NCBI GenBank assembly: GCA_018676855.1
Contig: JABHDY010000004.1
Span: 28,972-92,971, forward strand
Direction of reading: 5' to 3'
DNA length: 64,000 nucleotides
DNA from: Candidatus Woesearchaeota archaeon
Lineage (GTDB): Archaea > Nanobdellota > Nanobdellia > Woesearchaeales > GW2011-AR9
A model generated the notes under the pieces. That model made no database searches, had not been told where the DNA came from, and saw only the letters and a list, made by a program, of their open reading frames with translations. The position numbers were made by a program, and so were the translations under genes. Numbering within the stretch: the first letter of the stretch is position 1; each line of letters begins with the position of its first letter. Shown here piece by piece: positions 9,601 through 18,830 of this stretch.

Positions 9601-10665
9601 TTATACTAACTCAATCCCAAGTTCTTGACTTAGGGACTGCGCTCTTTGTTCTGATCTCTTTTGGTCAACTTTTCCTAATAACCATGGAGAGTTTACGCCA
9701 GTTATGATTGTCATAACGGTTAATTTTCCCTTCATGTCATTATCTACTCGCGCTCCCCAGATAACATTTGCATCGTCATCTAAAGATTCTGTTACGAGCT
9801 CACCAATTTGAGATACTTCATCAAGTGTCATGTCTGGTCCGCCAGTTACATGAATCAATGCACCCGTCGCTCCTTCGTAATTAATATCTAGTAAAGGATT
9901 ACTTAATGCACCTTTTACCGCTTCTTCAACCCGATTATTTGTATCAGATGAACCTACACCAATTGCAGCTACTCCGCCATTTGACATAATAGCTTTAACA
10001 TCTGCATAATCTAAGTTTACTAAAGAAGGTACAGCAATTGTTTCAACAATACCTTTAATCATGGTAGCGATTAATTCGTTCGCAACAGCAAATGCTTGCT
10101 GAATAGGTAAGTTACCTGCAATCTGAACTAATCTATTGTTATCAATTACAATAACAGTATCACATACTTGACGTAATTGTTGAAGGCCAAACTCTGCTTT
10201 ATCACATCTTGCTCGCTCAATACTAAACGGCATTGTAACAGTTCCAATAACAATAGCTCCAGTGTCCCGAGCAACTTGTGCAACAATAGGTGATGCTCCA
10301 GTTCCACTTCCTCCACCCATACCAGCACAAACGAATGCCATGTCTGATCCTTTCAATGAATCTTTAATCATGATCAAAGATTCCTGTGCAGCTTCTGCTC
10401 CCCGTGTTGGGAAACCGCCACAGCCAAGTCCACGCGTACAATCTTTTCCTATAAGGTACTTATGATCTGCACCAGTAATATCTAAATGTTGTTGATCGGT
10501 ATTAGTTGCAATGATTTCTGCTCCTTTGATGCCCTTCTTATAGAGCCATCCAACCATATTATTTCCTGCACCGCCAACACCAATGACTTTGATGTTTGCT
10601 TGTCCTACCGTATCGACATTTGCCGCCGGCATGTTGTTTAACGCTTTTTCCACAATAAATTCCAT
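9601..10665 (-). CDS. ftsZ: Cell division GTPase FtsZ
   Basis: The tubulin/FtsZ GTP-binding signature reads GMGGGSGTGASPIVAQVARDTGAIVIGTVTMPFSIE, preceded by an NTDQQHL-type T4 loop region. Length is 354 aa. Confidence 0.9.
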   Translation of the reverse strand: MEFIVEKALNNMPAANVDTVGQANIKVIGVGGAGNNMVGWLYKKGIKGAEIIATNTDQQHLDITGADHKYLIGKDCTRGLGCGGFPTRGAEAAQESLIMIKDSLKGSDMAFVCAGMGGGSGTGASPIVAQVARDTGAIVIGTVTMPFSIERARCDKAEFGLQQLRQVCDTVIVIDNNRLVQIAGNLPIQQAFAVANELIATMIKGIVETIAVPSLVNLDYADVKAIMSNGGVAAIGVGSSDTNNRVEEAVKGALSNPLLDINYEGATGALIHVTGGPDMTLDEVSQIGELVTESLDDDANVIWGARVDNDMKGKLTVMTIITGVNSPWLLGKVDQKRSEQRAQSLSQELGIELV

Positions 10666-10693
10666 TTTTTATACACCACCAAATTTTTTTTTG

Positions 10694-10701
10694 TTATTTA
10701 A
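10694..10701 (-). promoter_or_regulatory. Candidate TATA box for a leaderless or short-leader ftsZ transcript.
   Basis: On the minus strand TTAAATAA lies about 25-30 nt upstream of the ftsZ ATG. This fits the archaeal TATA-to-TSS spacing. It is a sequence pattern only. Confidence 0.25.
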
Positions 10702-10980
10702 CCCTCAAAAAAATTATAGCCCCCAATATGTACTTTCGAGTATACAAAACATTATATACTAGGACCACTCTTCTTTTTCTAAACCAAACAAACCAAAACC
10801 TAGTTAAAACCAAGATTAAAAGAAGTGTGTTAGACAAAACCAACTACTACACCTTTTTTACAAACCAACCAATTAATTTACTCAAACACCCAAACCGATT
10901 TTTAGTAATGCGTACTCCATATATAAATGTTTCTATACAATAGACTATACTTTATGATTGCATTTAACACAGAAAAATTA

Positions 10981-11655
10981 TTATTTTTTGTCTTCTGGAA
11001 CAACTTTTTCCTTCACTTTATCGACGACAGATTGTGCTGCACCCTGTAATGACTGTTTTACATTACCGGCTTTCCGTGCAAGAATTGTTGAAATGTCTGC
11101 CATGTACTTTGCAGGATCGCGCATTTTGTTTCTCCATCGATGAAAATACACAACAGTTTCAAGAGGATACTTTGGCGGTTTTGGAGGAACATCTTTTGGA
11201 TAACCAACAGCAATGATTGCTTGTGGTCGAATTTCAGGAGGAATTTTACATAACGATTTTACTTCTTCCTCGTCAAATGCGCCGATCCACGTTGTTCCTA
11301 AATCTAAAGAATGTGCTTCTAGTAACATATTTTGTATCGCTGCGGCACAATTCTGTACCGTATAAAGCCGTTCTCCACGCATACCATAATAACGTTCACC
11401 TTTCTCAGGCTCTGCGCACACGACGATTAAAACGCCCGCCATGGCAATATCATATTGTTCATATGCTGCTTTCGCAAGTGCTTGCTTCTGATCATGCTCA
11501 AATACGACTATAAACTTCCAATTTTGAATATTTCCAGAACTTGGTGCATGCCTACCAGCATCTAAAATACGAGAAACATTTTCCCATGAAATAAATTTGG
11601 GAAGGTAATATTTAATTGTTCTTCGCGATTTAATGATATCTAGTATGTCACCCAT
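10981..11655 (-). CDS. Nitroreductase-family flavoprotein
   Basis: The N-terminal motif IIKSRRTIKYYLPKFISWENVSRILDAGRHAPSSGNIQNWKFIVV is the classic nitroreductase FMN-binding start (RRS[IV]R..., SxxNxQ). A C-terminal Lys/Glu-rich tail follows. Confidence 0.7.
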   Translation of the reverse strand: MGDILDIIKSRRTIKYYLPKFISWENVSRILDAGRHAPSSGNIQNWKFIVVFEHDQKQALAKAAYEQYDIAMAGVLIVVCAEPEKGERYYGMRGERLYTVQNCAAAIQNMLLEAHSLDLGTTWIGAFDEEEVKSLCKIPPEIRPQAIIAVGYPKDVPPKPPKYPLETVVYFHRWRNKMRDPAKYMADISTILARKAGNVKQSLQGAAQSVVDKVKEKVVPEDKK

Positions 11656-11778
11656 ATTAACATAAGTAATTTTTACGACTATTTATATTTAACCTTTTTA
11701 GGTTATTTCATTTTTGAAAACATATTTCGTTTTTGAAAACAAGTTCCAAAAAAGAAACAAATATAAATGTGGAAGTAA

Positions 11779-12312
11779 TTGATAGAGAGTATGGTAAAGA
11801 AAGAGGTGTTGTCAAAACTTATTGATAAAAAGAAAGCATCAATCTTACGAGTCATTCTAAATTCTAAAGATGAAATGTATCTTAAAGAAATTGCTGACAA
11901 GAGTTCAGTTTCAATAACATCAACATTTAGAATTCTACAAGAATTGGTTGAAATGGACATTCTGGTAAAACGAGAATGGAAAACAAGTAAGGTATATGGC
12001 TGCCAAGATTCTGAGAAAACTACATTTCTCAAAGATCTTTTCCATGAAGAGCATGATGGTGTTGGAGAATTTGTTAATGCTATACATGATATTACTGGCA
12101 TCCAAAACATTATACTTCACGGTTCCAGAAAGAAGGGTAAGGCAAACATTTTACTAATAGGAGAATCTATTGATGTTAATACCGTAGAAACTTCAGCGAA
12201 AGAAATTAGAGACAAAGGGTTTGATTTAAGTTATTTAACCTTAACAAAACAACAATATGAACAAATGTCAAAAATGGGCTTGTATTCTGGTGAGAAGAAT
12301 GTATTGAAGTGA
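11779..12312 (+). CDS. Winged-helix DNA-binding domain protein; putative transcriptional regulator.
   Basis: The N-terminal wHTH-like segment reads SKDEMYLKEIADKSSVSITSTFRILQELVEMDILVKREWKTSKVY. The C-terminal ~90 aa domain is unassigned. Confidence 0.4.
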   Translation: MIESMVKKEVLSKLIDKKKASILRVILNSKDEMYLKEIADKSSVSITSTFRILQELVEMDILVKREWKTSKVYGCQDSEKTTFLKDLFHEEHDGVGEFVNAIHDITGIQNIILHGSRKKGKANILLIGESIDVNTVETSAKEIRDKGFDLSYLTLTKQQYEQMSKMGLYSGEKNVLK

Positions 12313-12313
12313 A

Positions 12314-12715
12314 TTATTCTAAGATATCTTCAAGAAGTGGAACGTAATCATTATGAGACCTGACATCTTCAATGAAGGTATTTTCACTACCGCCAACCCG
12401 TATATAATCTGCGAGCCTACTTGTTTGATGATCACCAATAAAAACGGGAGTACCAACATTTGTAACGTCCCTTCTAAGATCTTCTAAGACTTTTAGTGCA
12501 ATATCATTAGGAATTTGATACCCACCAGCGTTCACTAAGAATAAAGGTGCATGGATAATAACTGCATCATACTGAACTCCCTTAAAATCATTAACAAAAT
12601 CCCTTGCAGTCAACGCATAATCAATGTTTACACCAGGAAATTCATTTTGTACAATAGGACCAAATGATTTTTTTCCCATTACATATTCACTTGATACTAC
12701 CAATAACCTTGACAT
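12314..12715 (-). CDS. Hypothetical protein, 133 aa, with a Rossmann-like alpha/beta pattern.
   Basis: It is a clean ORF with a 1-nt gap to the convergent upstream gene. I recognised no motif with confidence. Confidence 0.4.
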   Translation of the reverse strand: MSRLLVVSSEYVMGKKSFGPIVQNEFPGVNIDYALTARDFVNDFKGVQYDAVIIHAPLFLVNAGGYQIPNDIALKVLEDLRRDVTNVGTPVFIGDHQTSRLADYIRVGGSENTFIEDVRSHNDYVPLLEDILE

Positions 12716-12785
12716 AAAAACTCAAGTAATAGAAATCACTTAAATAATTTATGAAATTAAAAATAAAATTAAAAAAAATTAAAAT

Positions 12786-13691
12786 TTATTCTCCCAAATC
12801 TGCCATTTTGTTCGTAGCATCCATCAATTTATCTGCTGCGTCGTACAACTGAATAGTTATTCCTACACTATTAAGATCGCCAGTGGTGATTTCACTATAC
12901 GAAAAACCGCCAGGTACGAGAACGTATGAACTTGCAGACGTCTTTGATTTAATACTTTTTGAACCAGGAGATAATGGAACTTTCTTTTCAAGGTCGTCAT
13001 ACCCTTCAACCATAAGAACAAAATGGTCCGGTTCAACCGTTCCTTCTTCCATATTCTTAATAGTATATGATATTCCTTTAATTCTTCCCCATGTTCCCTT
13101 CCATTCAGTTTTTATTTCTCCAAGGGCAACAGAAACACCATCGTACGTTGTTACAACGTTTTCATCAACAGTGTCAGTGTCATCTACAACAGGTTCAAGT
13201 TCCGTATCATCAACAACAACAGCGCCAGTTATGCCAGAATCTACTCCCGCTGCTACTTCTTCACCAGCACCATCATTTTCTGCTGCATCCGAATCACCAG
13301 AGAAAAGGCCGAAAAAACTTCCTAAAGTTCCTGAAACGTCTGCATCATCTGCCGTTGTTCCAACAGTATCAACTACACTAAGCCGTCCCACAAAAAATAC
13401 AAGAATGAATAGGAGAACAATTCCTGTCCACTTGACTGTATTACGTGTGTTGAACTTAATAGTTACGTCCTTATCAAGACGTTTTGTAGTATTCTGTTCA
13501 TTTGGAGCAACCTTTTCAGTTTCTGTAGACTGTTCAACTTCTTCAGCTTTCTCTTCAGCCGTAGCTTCTTTCGTTCGAGAGTTCAATTTTTCTTTCCAGA
13601 GATCTTCATACTCGTTTGAAGGTCCCAGAATTGTTGAATCTTGTGAGTCTTCTTCCAAAGACCCTTTTTTAACATTTTTATCTTTTTCCAT
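12786..13691 (-). CDS. Single-pass membrane protein with an acidic N-terminal cytoplasmic segment and an Asp/Thr/Val-rich extracellular domain.
   Basis: The TM helix reads WTGIVLLFILVFFVGRLSVV. The Ser/Thr low-complexity ORF on the opposite strand (12883..13722) is judged to be its antisense shadow. The minus strand matches the flanking gene orientation. Confidence 0.45.
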   Translation of the reverse strand: MEKDKNVKKGSLEEDSQDSTILGPSNEYEDLWKEKLNSRTKEATAEEKAEEVEQSTETEKVAPNEQNTTKRLDKDVTIKFNTRNTVKWTGIVLLFILVFFVGRLSVVDTVGTTADDADVSGTLGSFFGLFSGDSDAAENDGAGEEVAAGVDSGITGAVVVDDTELEPVVDDTDTVDENVVTTYDGVSVALGEIKTEWKGTWGRIKGISYTIKNMEEGTVEPDHFVLMVEGYDDLEKKVPLSPGSKSIKSKTSASSYVLVPGGFSYSEITTGDLNSVGITIQLYDAADKLMDATNKMADLGE

Positions 13692-13699
13692 TTTTTATA

Positions 13700-13891
13700 T
13701 CACACCACAAATAGTATTATAGATGTTATTATGAGTATTACGCCAAGAGCAATAGAAGGATACGAAATCTTTTCACCAATGCTTAACTTCGGATAATTTT
13801 TCAGTTTTGTTCCAATGAACGAGAAAAACGCATTGATTTTTGTATTAAAAGCGTTTAACTTCTGTGAAAATCCTGATGTTACCTCAGCCAT
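13700..13891 (-). CDS. Small membrane protein, 63 aa.
   Basis: It has a C-terminal TM helix (ALGVILIITSIILFVV) and sits tightly packed between minus-strand genes. Confidence 0.3.
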   Translation of the reverse strand: MAEVTSGFSQKLNAFNTKINAFFSFIGTKLKNYPKLSIGEKISYPSIALGVILIITSIILFVV

Positions 13892-13971
13892 ACCATAAAT
13901 AGGAAATATAATCCAATATAAAAATGTTATTGTTTACAAGAAGATAAATGAAAAAAAGAAAAAAGAAAGTT

Positions 13972-15594
13972 TTATCTATCACCAGATCTAAGACCAGGTT
14001 CTGTCAGAAGACAAACTTCAATTTGTGGACCCGAAACTGCAGTAATGTTCAATGTAAAGTTCTCTGGAACCTGACCCCCATACAAATTTATGTTTGGAAA
14101 TCCTACATCAATCTGTACATATGATTGACTATTTTGGTTAAGGATTCCTGATGCATCAGAGTAGTTAATTTGCCACTCTGAGCCATAATTATCAACAAAG
14201 TTCACAACATTTCCGTTCCGATCTTTACTAATTATTCCATCGCCATTCAAATCAACATCTACTGCGAAATCGTCCACGCCCATTTGAGTTGCGTTCTGTA
14301 CGATGAATGAATTTCCTCCAACAACTATTGTTGCAACAGTACCTGTTGCCGTTAATGGTGTTACTGGATATTCAAGCGTTTCTCCACTACCAATGTTCTT
14401 AAACTTGATTAGAGGATTGGTTTTTGTTTGTGCATCTGCACCCATGTACTGAAATAGATACGACTTTGCAGATCCATCAGAAGCAATTCCGGAAGTAATG
14501 ACAAAATAGTCATTTTTGTAAACATCTGACCTCGTATCCCAATAAGAAAATTCACGTCCACTTTCTAACAATTTCAGTTGTTTATCACTACCATGAGATT
14601 TACCATCACCTTCTTCTCCCATTGTTACGTTAAACTTAGAGTTTGCGTATGCAACTGGTAGGAGTATCCTATTTCCATCACCATCAAACATTGCAACAGA
14701 TAGTCTTTGAGACTCTTTAAACAACTCTAAAGCATATGAACTATCACCTGTAAGGGAACTTCCAATAGTGTACGAATCAGTAATCGCCTTTCCTTTACAT
14801 GTTGTCAAAGAAATGTCAGCAACTTCCAAATCAAAACATTCTTTTGTTCCATCACGATCCAAATCTTCACACACATTAGAAGCACAATCACTATTATTAT
14901 TACAAGATTGACCTCCAGTACAATTAGTTCGACAAGATCCACCACAATCAACATCACTTTCGAATTGATTTTTAACATTGTCAAAGCACGTAGGACCTTC
15001 CTCCACCATAAAAGGAGTAATGACCCACTTCCCATTATTACAATCCCATTGACCATCAACCCTATTACATCCGTAAGTTGCAATATAATGAGGGCCCTCT
15101 CTTGAAAATGAGTTACTCAACCTAAATGTACTATTAGCAAGCGTTGTACTTGAAACACCTCTTTTTGACCAAATCCAATTAGATGATCCCAAAAATTCGC
15201 CTTGATTAATAGGTTGGTATCGCATTTCTTCCCATTGTTCACAATTTTTTAGTAAATATCCTATAGAATATACGTATTGATAATTTGTCAAAAGAGAGTT
15301 ATAAGATCCTGTTTCGTTAAGGTATAATGGCCCAACTTCATAAGACCATTGACGATTTGTTGTATTAACAACAACCATATCAGCATCGGAAAAATAAATT
15401 TGTAACTGAGAATCTGAATAACAAGCGCCACTATTACTATACGCTTGACCAGCAAGTGCACCACTTTCACCAACATCTTCTATAGATGGAGGTAAAGGGG
15501 GGACATCAGGATCCTCTGCAGGAGAACATCCAACAATAAATAATAACAATACTACAAAACTTACTAAAAAGATAATCTTTTTCATATTAAACAC
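13972..15594 (-). CDS. Secreted lipoprotein-like Cys-rich protein, 540 aa.
   Basis: The signal with a lipobox-like IVGC reads MFNMKKIIFLVSFVVLLLFIVGCSPAE. The mature part is Cys-rich, including CxxxCxxNxDC modules (DVDCGGSCRTNCTGGQSCNNNSDCASNVCEDLDRDG). Confidence 0.6.
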   Translation of the reverse strand: MFNMKKIIFLVSFVVLLLFIVGCSPAEDPDVPPLPPSIEDVGESGALAGQAYSNSGACYSDSQLQIYFSDADMVVVNTTNRQWSYEVGPLYLNETGSYNSLLTNYQYVYSIGYLLKNCEQWEEMRYQPINQGEFLGSSNWIWSKRGVSSTTLANSTFRLSNSFSREGPHYIATYGCNRVDGQWDCNNGKWVITPFMVEEGPTCFDNVKNQFESDVDCGGSCRTNCTGGQSCNNNSDCASNVCEDLDRDGTKECFDLEVADISLTTCKGKAITDSYTIGSSLTGDSSYALELFKESQRLSVAMFDGDGNRILLPVAYANSKFNVTMGEEGDGKSHGSDKQLKLLESGREFSYWDTRSDVYKNDYFVITSGIASDGSAKSYLFQYMGADAQTKTNPLIKFKNIGSGETLEYPVTPLTATGTVATIVVGGNSFIVQNATQMGVDDFAVDVDLNGDGIISKDRNGNVVNFVDNYGSEWQINYSDASGILNQNSQSYVQIDVGFPNINLYGGQVPENFTLNITAVSGPQIEVCLLTEPGLRSGDR

Positions 15595-15679
15595 CTCAAT
15601 TATTTATTAAATGAAGAAGAACAAATATATAAATATATCTGAGAGGTAGAATGTAAAAATTGAAAAGTTGTATTTACTA

Positions 15680-16057
15680 TCAAACAAATACGTTTGGATC
15701 TTTTGGTTGTTTGAAAACAATAAACATGTATATGACAAGGCCAATAAGAACAATATTTACAGCCAGAAGAAACATGTATGGTGTTGATAAGAATCCTGAA
15801 TTTGCTTCAAGTTCATTAACTTTTTTTTCAATGATAGAAACCCTATCTGCAAGAGATCCTGATTGTTGTTCCTCAATTGATCTTGAAGAGTCTGTAACGG
15901 ATTCAGTATCAAACGAAGGTATCTCACTTGGTGGTGGAGGAGTATCATCAGAACCACCAAAACCTTCAGGAGCTGGAGGAGGAGGAGGAACAGCTATGAC
16001 AGAAGTAAGTATTAACGCAAATACGACCAATAAAAAAACAATCTTCATTAATATCAC
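15680..16057 (-). CDS. Small bitopic protein with a signal peptide, poly-Pro segment, coiled coil and C-terminal TM helix.
   Basis: The sequence runs MILMKIVFLLVVFALILTSVIA then VPPPPPAPEG, then a coiled coil, then the TM helix FLLAVNIVLIGLVIYMFIVF. The opposite-strand ORF 15660..16073 is rejected. Confidence 0.4.
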   Translation of the reverse strand: MILMKIVFLLVVFALILTSVIAVPPPPPAPEGFGGSDDTPPPPSEIPSFDTESVTDSSRSIEEQQSGSLADRVSIIEKKVNELEANSGFLSTPYMFLLAVNIVLIGLVIYMFIVFKQPKDPNVFV

Positions 16058-16144
16058 CTCAATTAATAACTAAGAATAAATTGAGAGTATAAAAATGTTA
16101 TTGTTATGACCATACCTAGTATTTTTAATTAAGAAAAAAAGAAA

Positions 16145-16573
16145 TTATTCCTTTTTGTCTTCAGGTGCAGCTTCCTTCGGTTCTTCTGTAGGAGCTTCTC
16201 CAAGTGGAGCTTTGCCAGCTTTCACAACTTTCATATTAACCTGATGAATAATCTTTGTAATCATTTCACCACAAATTGTTCGACGCTTTACAAGGCCGCT
16301 CTGTTTATTTTTGTTCCTATCTTTACCAGAAAATCCTACACTCTTTCCGATTAAAATACGTTTTCGTGGTTCTTGAATACCCTTTCTCATAGGAAACCCG
16401 CACTTATCTGAACCGCCAGTTATGAGAAGTTCGTACCCAGTTAATCCAATAGAATCGCCAGAAACTGTTTCTCCGATACGTTTCTTAAGAAGTGTGTCCG
16501 CTTCGGGACTTTTAATTTCCTTCTGATACGTCTTTCCATCTTGTGCGCCAAGCACAATTTTAAAATTTACCAT
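16145..16573 (-). CDS. rps6e: 30S ribosomal protein S6e
   Basis: MVNFKIVLGAQDGKTYQKEI...GYELLITGGSDKCGFPMRKGIQEPRKRILIGKSVGF matches the S6e family core. A basic C-terminal region and an acidic tail follow. Confidence 0.85.
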   Translation of the reverse strand: MVNFKIVLGAQDGKTYQKEIKSPEADTLLKKRIGETVSGDSIGLTGYELLITGGSDKCGFPMRKGIQEPRKRILIGKSVGFSGKDRNKNKQSGLVKRRTICGEMITKIIHQVNMKVVKAGKAPLGEAPTEEPKEAAPEDKKE

Positions 16574-16691
16574 TGTATAATACCTTCCCGAGACTTAAAG
16601 ATCTAACGATCAACATCTTATTGATGGTCTCAGCTATATTACTCCCATTTCATACGATTATTTATAAATCTATGTGATTTTAAGAATAGTG

Positions 16692-16874
16692 TTACTCTTT
16701 CTTGAGTTCTTTCAATTCATTATGTACAGAAACATGTTCTTCACGTAAACGTTCCAATTGTTTCAATTTGAACTCATTTATTTGATTTCTACTTGCGTCC
16801 CACTCTAATGGTTTGATCTTCCGTTCTAACAAGAATACTCTTTCTTGTAGTTCAATAATTCTTTCCTGAGACAT
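16692..16874 (-). CDS. Small coiled-coil protein, 60 aa.
   Basis: It shows a heptad-like charged pattern. It lies between rps6e and a cupin gene on the same strand. Confidence 0.3.
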   Translation of the reverse strand: MSQERIIELQERVFLLERKIKPLEWDASRNQINEFKLKQLERLREEHVSVHNELKELKKE

Positions 16875-16928
16875 ATTATTTCACAAGGAAAGAAACTATA
16901 TAAACATTTAGGGCAAAAACTGTATTAT

Positions 16929-17366
16929 TTATCTATACCGAGATATTTCTACAAGTTCCGTTCCAGGAGATACATTACGTAATTCATACATTGCGCCAGA
17001 AGGAATTGTAATTGATTGGCCCTTTGTAAGACACGTATCACGCACCCGTGGAACAAAAACGTGGACCCCTCCAGAAATAACTTTCAGTTTTGTTTCTTCA
17101 CGACATTCACGAGAAAAGTATTTGCCAGAAGAAAGGCCATTTGTTGAAAATAGTCTACTTTTAACTTCTACAGCGCCAAGAAATGTTGTACTAGCACATG
17201 GAGTTGCAACTGAAACTCCACCATTTTTTTTTGATGCCCTATTTAATACATTTTCAAGTGGTTCGTTAGAAGTTTCGCTTTGTTCAGGATCGTCAACCAT
17301 AGTTGATTTTCTAGCAATAACATTGTCATAAGACATTATTACTTTCTGAAGATTATATTGTATCAT
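16929..17366 (-). CDS. Cupin-domain protein
   Basis: The C-terminal segment GGVHVFVPRVRDTCLTKGQSITIPSGAMYELRNVSPGTELVEI resembles the two-motif cupin beta-barrel. Confidence 0.4.
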   Translation of the reverse strand: MIQYNLQKVIMSYDNVIARKSTMVDDPEQSETSNEPLENVLNRASKKNGGVSVATPCASTTFLGAVEVKSRLFSTNGLSSGKYFSRECREETKLKVISGGVHVFVPRVRDTCLTKGQSITIPSGAMYELRNVSPGTELVEISRYR

Positions 17367-17419
17367 CTTTTATCAATTTTGTAGTAACGTTTAATATACT
17401 TAACAGTTTACATTACAAT

Positions 17420-17803
17420 ATGCGTGAAATCCTCGAAAAGAAGTCAAAACAGAATGGATTACAAGAAAAAATGCTTATTAAAGTTGCACTTGCCATAACT
17501 TTACTTGGATTAACGTTCCTCTTTTTTTATGCAGACGAATTTACAATAGAAATTGCTGACAGGATAGATACCATTCCCGCTGAAGAAAAAGTTAGAATAG
17601 CGGGCGAAGTAACACGTGTCAGTACGCACGAAAATGTAATTTTCTTAGAAGTTGAAGGTAAACGTACAGAAACAATGGACATCATAGTATTTAATGATGA
17701 AGATTTGTATGTTAAAAAGGGCCATTATGTAGATATTGTTGGAGTTGTGGAAGACTATAAAGGAAAGAAAGAAGTTATTGCTGAACGTGTTGAGGTTAAA
17801 TAG
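17420..17803 (+). CDS. Membrane-anchored OB-fold (tRNA_anti-like) protein
   Basis: The TM helix reads LIKVALAITLLGLTFLFFY. An OB-fold pattern follows: VRIAGEVTRVSTHENVIFLEVEGKRTETMDIIVFNDEDLYVKKGHYVDIVGVVEDYKGKKEVIAERVEV. Confidence 0.4.
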   Translation: MREILEKKSKQNGLQEKMLIKVALAITLLGLTFLFFYADEFTIEIADRIDTIPAEEKVRIAGEVTRVSTHENVIFLEVEGKRTETMDIIVFNDEDLYVKKGHYVDIVGVVEDYKGKKEVIAERVEVK

Positions 17804-17843
17804 GAAAGAATTTAAACATAAACGTAATACTATACATAGAAAA

Positions 17844-18830
17844 ATGAGATTCGCTAGATATTTATTGAAAAGGATATTAGTTCTTACAACAATAATAATA
17901 CTTCTTTCAGTTAATTCATTGTCTGAATCTCCTCCCGTATTAACTCATTCAATGGTAGAATTTGGAGATTACAATCCTGAAACGGGAAAAGCTGGCGATT
18001 TTATATTTGATAATTCCATAGTGGATAAAGTTTTTGAAGAATTTGGTGAAGAAGCTTATGATGGATTTGGAGGAACAAAAACATTACCACATTATACATT
18101 CTTTTTGTCATTAGATGCAAGAATTTATGCGCCAACTGATGGTGAAGTGGTAATGCTTACATATCAAGAAGATTGGAACGATTATGAGATTCTTGTTGGT
18201 CCAACGTCATTAAGCGATTGGAAACTTAATTATGATCATATTAGAAATGTCCCTGGACACATTGTTGAAGGATACATGATTCAAGCAGGTGAGTATATCG
18301 GAACTCCGGGAGTTTGGTACATGGACGTAGGATTCATTGAACTTACAATAATGAAAGATCTCAATAATGGATTTAATGAAAATTATTGTCCATATGATTT
18401 TTTTACTCCTGAACTTAAAGTATCATTTTCCCAGGGTTTGAATAACTTAATGACAGATTGGGAATCTTATAATAATGATATGACTATTTACGATGAAGAA
18501 AGTTATGTGTCTCCAGGATGTTTTGAGAATACAGTTGAAGAAAAGATATTTTCCGGAGAAAGTGATGGTGCAGTAAATGATGGCGTTGAAGATACTGCAT
18601 TTGAGAGTATATATGGATGTTATGATAATGATTGTAAAATGCAAGAAATACGTGATAATTGGCCTCAACAATGTCCAATCGGACAAGTACAGATTAATAA
18701 TAATTGTATTGATACGGGATTAAGAGAAGACGATGTTGAAGGATTGTATGACGTTTTAGATGTTTGGAATGATAACCAATTAAACTTATTACAGAAAATG
18801 TCTATGGTTGCATTTATTTTAAAAGATTAA
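17844..18830 (+). CDS. Secreted protein carrying the conserved C-terminal helical motif shared with the giant surface proteins.
   Basis: The signal peptide starts at ATG 17844 (MRFARYLLKRILVLTTIIILLSVNSLSES). The track ORF starts at 17736 and would overlap the upstream gene. The C-terminus reads ...GLYDVLDVWNDNQLNLLQKMSMVAFILKD. Confidence 0.6.
   Translation: MRFARYLLKRILVLTTIIILLSVNSLSESPPVLTHSMVEFGDYNPETGKAGDFIFDNSIVDKVFEEFGEEAYDGFGGTKTLPHYTFFLSLDARIYAPTDGEVVMLTYQEDWNDYEILVGPTSLSDWKLNYDHIRNVPGHIVEGYMIQAGEYIGTPGVWYMDVGFIELTIMKDLNNGFNENYCPYDFFTPELKVSFSQGLNNLMTDWESYNNDMTIYDEESYVSPGCFENTVEEKIFSGESDGAVNDGVEDTAFESIYGCYDNDCKMQEIRDNWPQQCPIGQVQINNNCIDTGLREDDVEGLYDVLDVWNDNQLNLLQKMSMVAFILKD

Noticed and set aside
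12883-13722. 279-aa Ser/Thr-rich plus-strand ORF.
   Set aside because: It is low-complexity and overlaps 12786..13691 on the opposite strand. The minus-strand product has a TM helix and matches the flanking gene orientation. This call remains uncertain.
15660-16073. 137-aa plus-strand ORF overlapping 15680..16057.
   Set aside because: The minus-strand product has a signal peptide, Pro-rich linker, coiled coil and C-terminal TM helix. The plus-strand product is Gly-rich shadow sequence.
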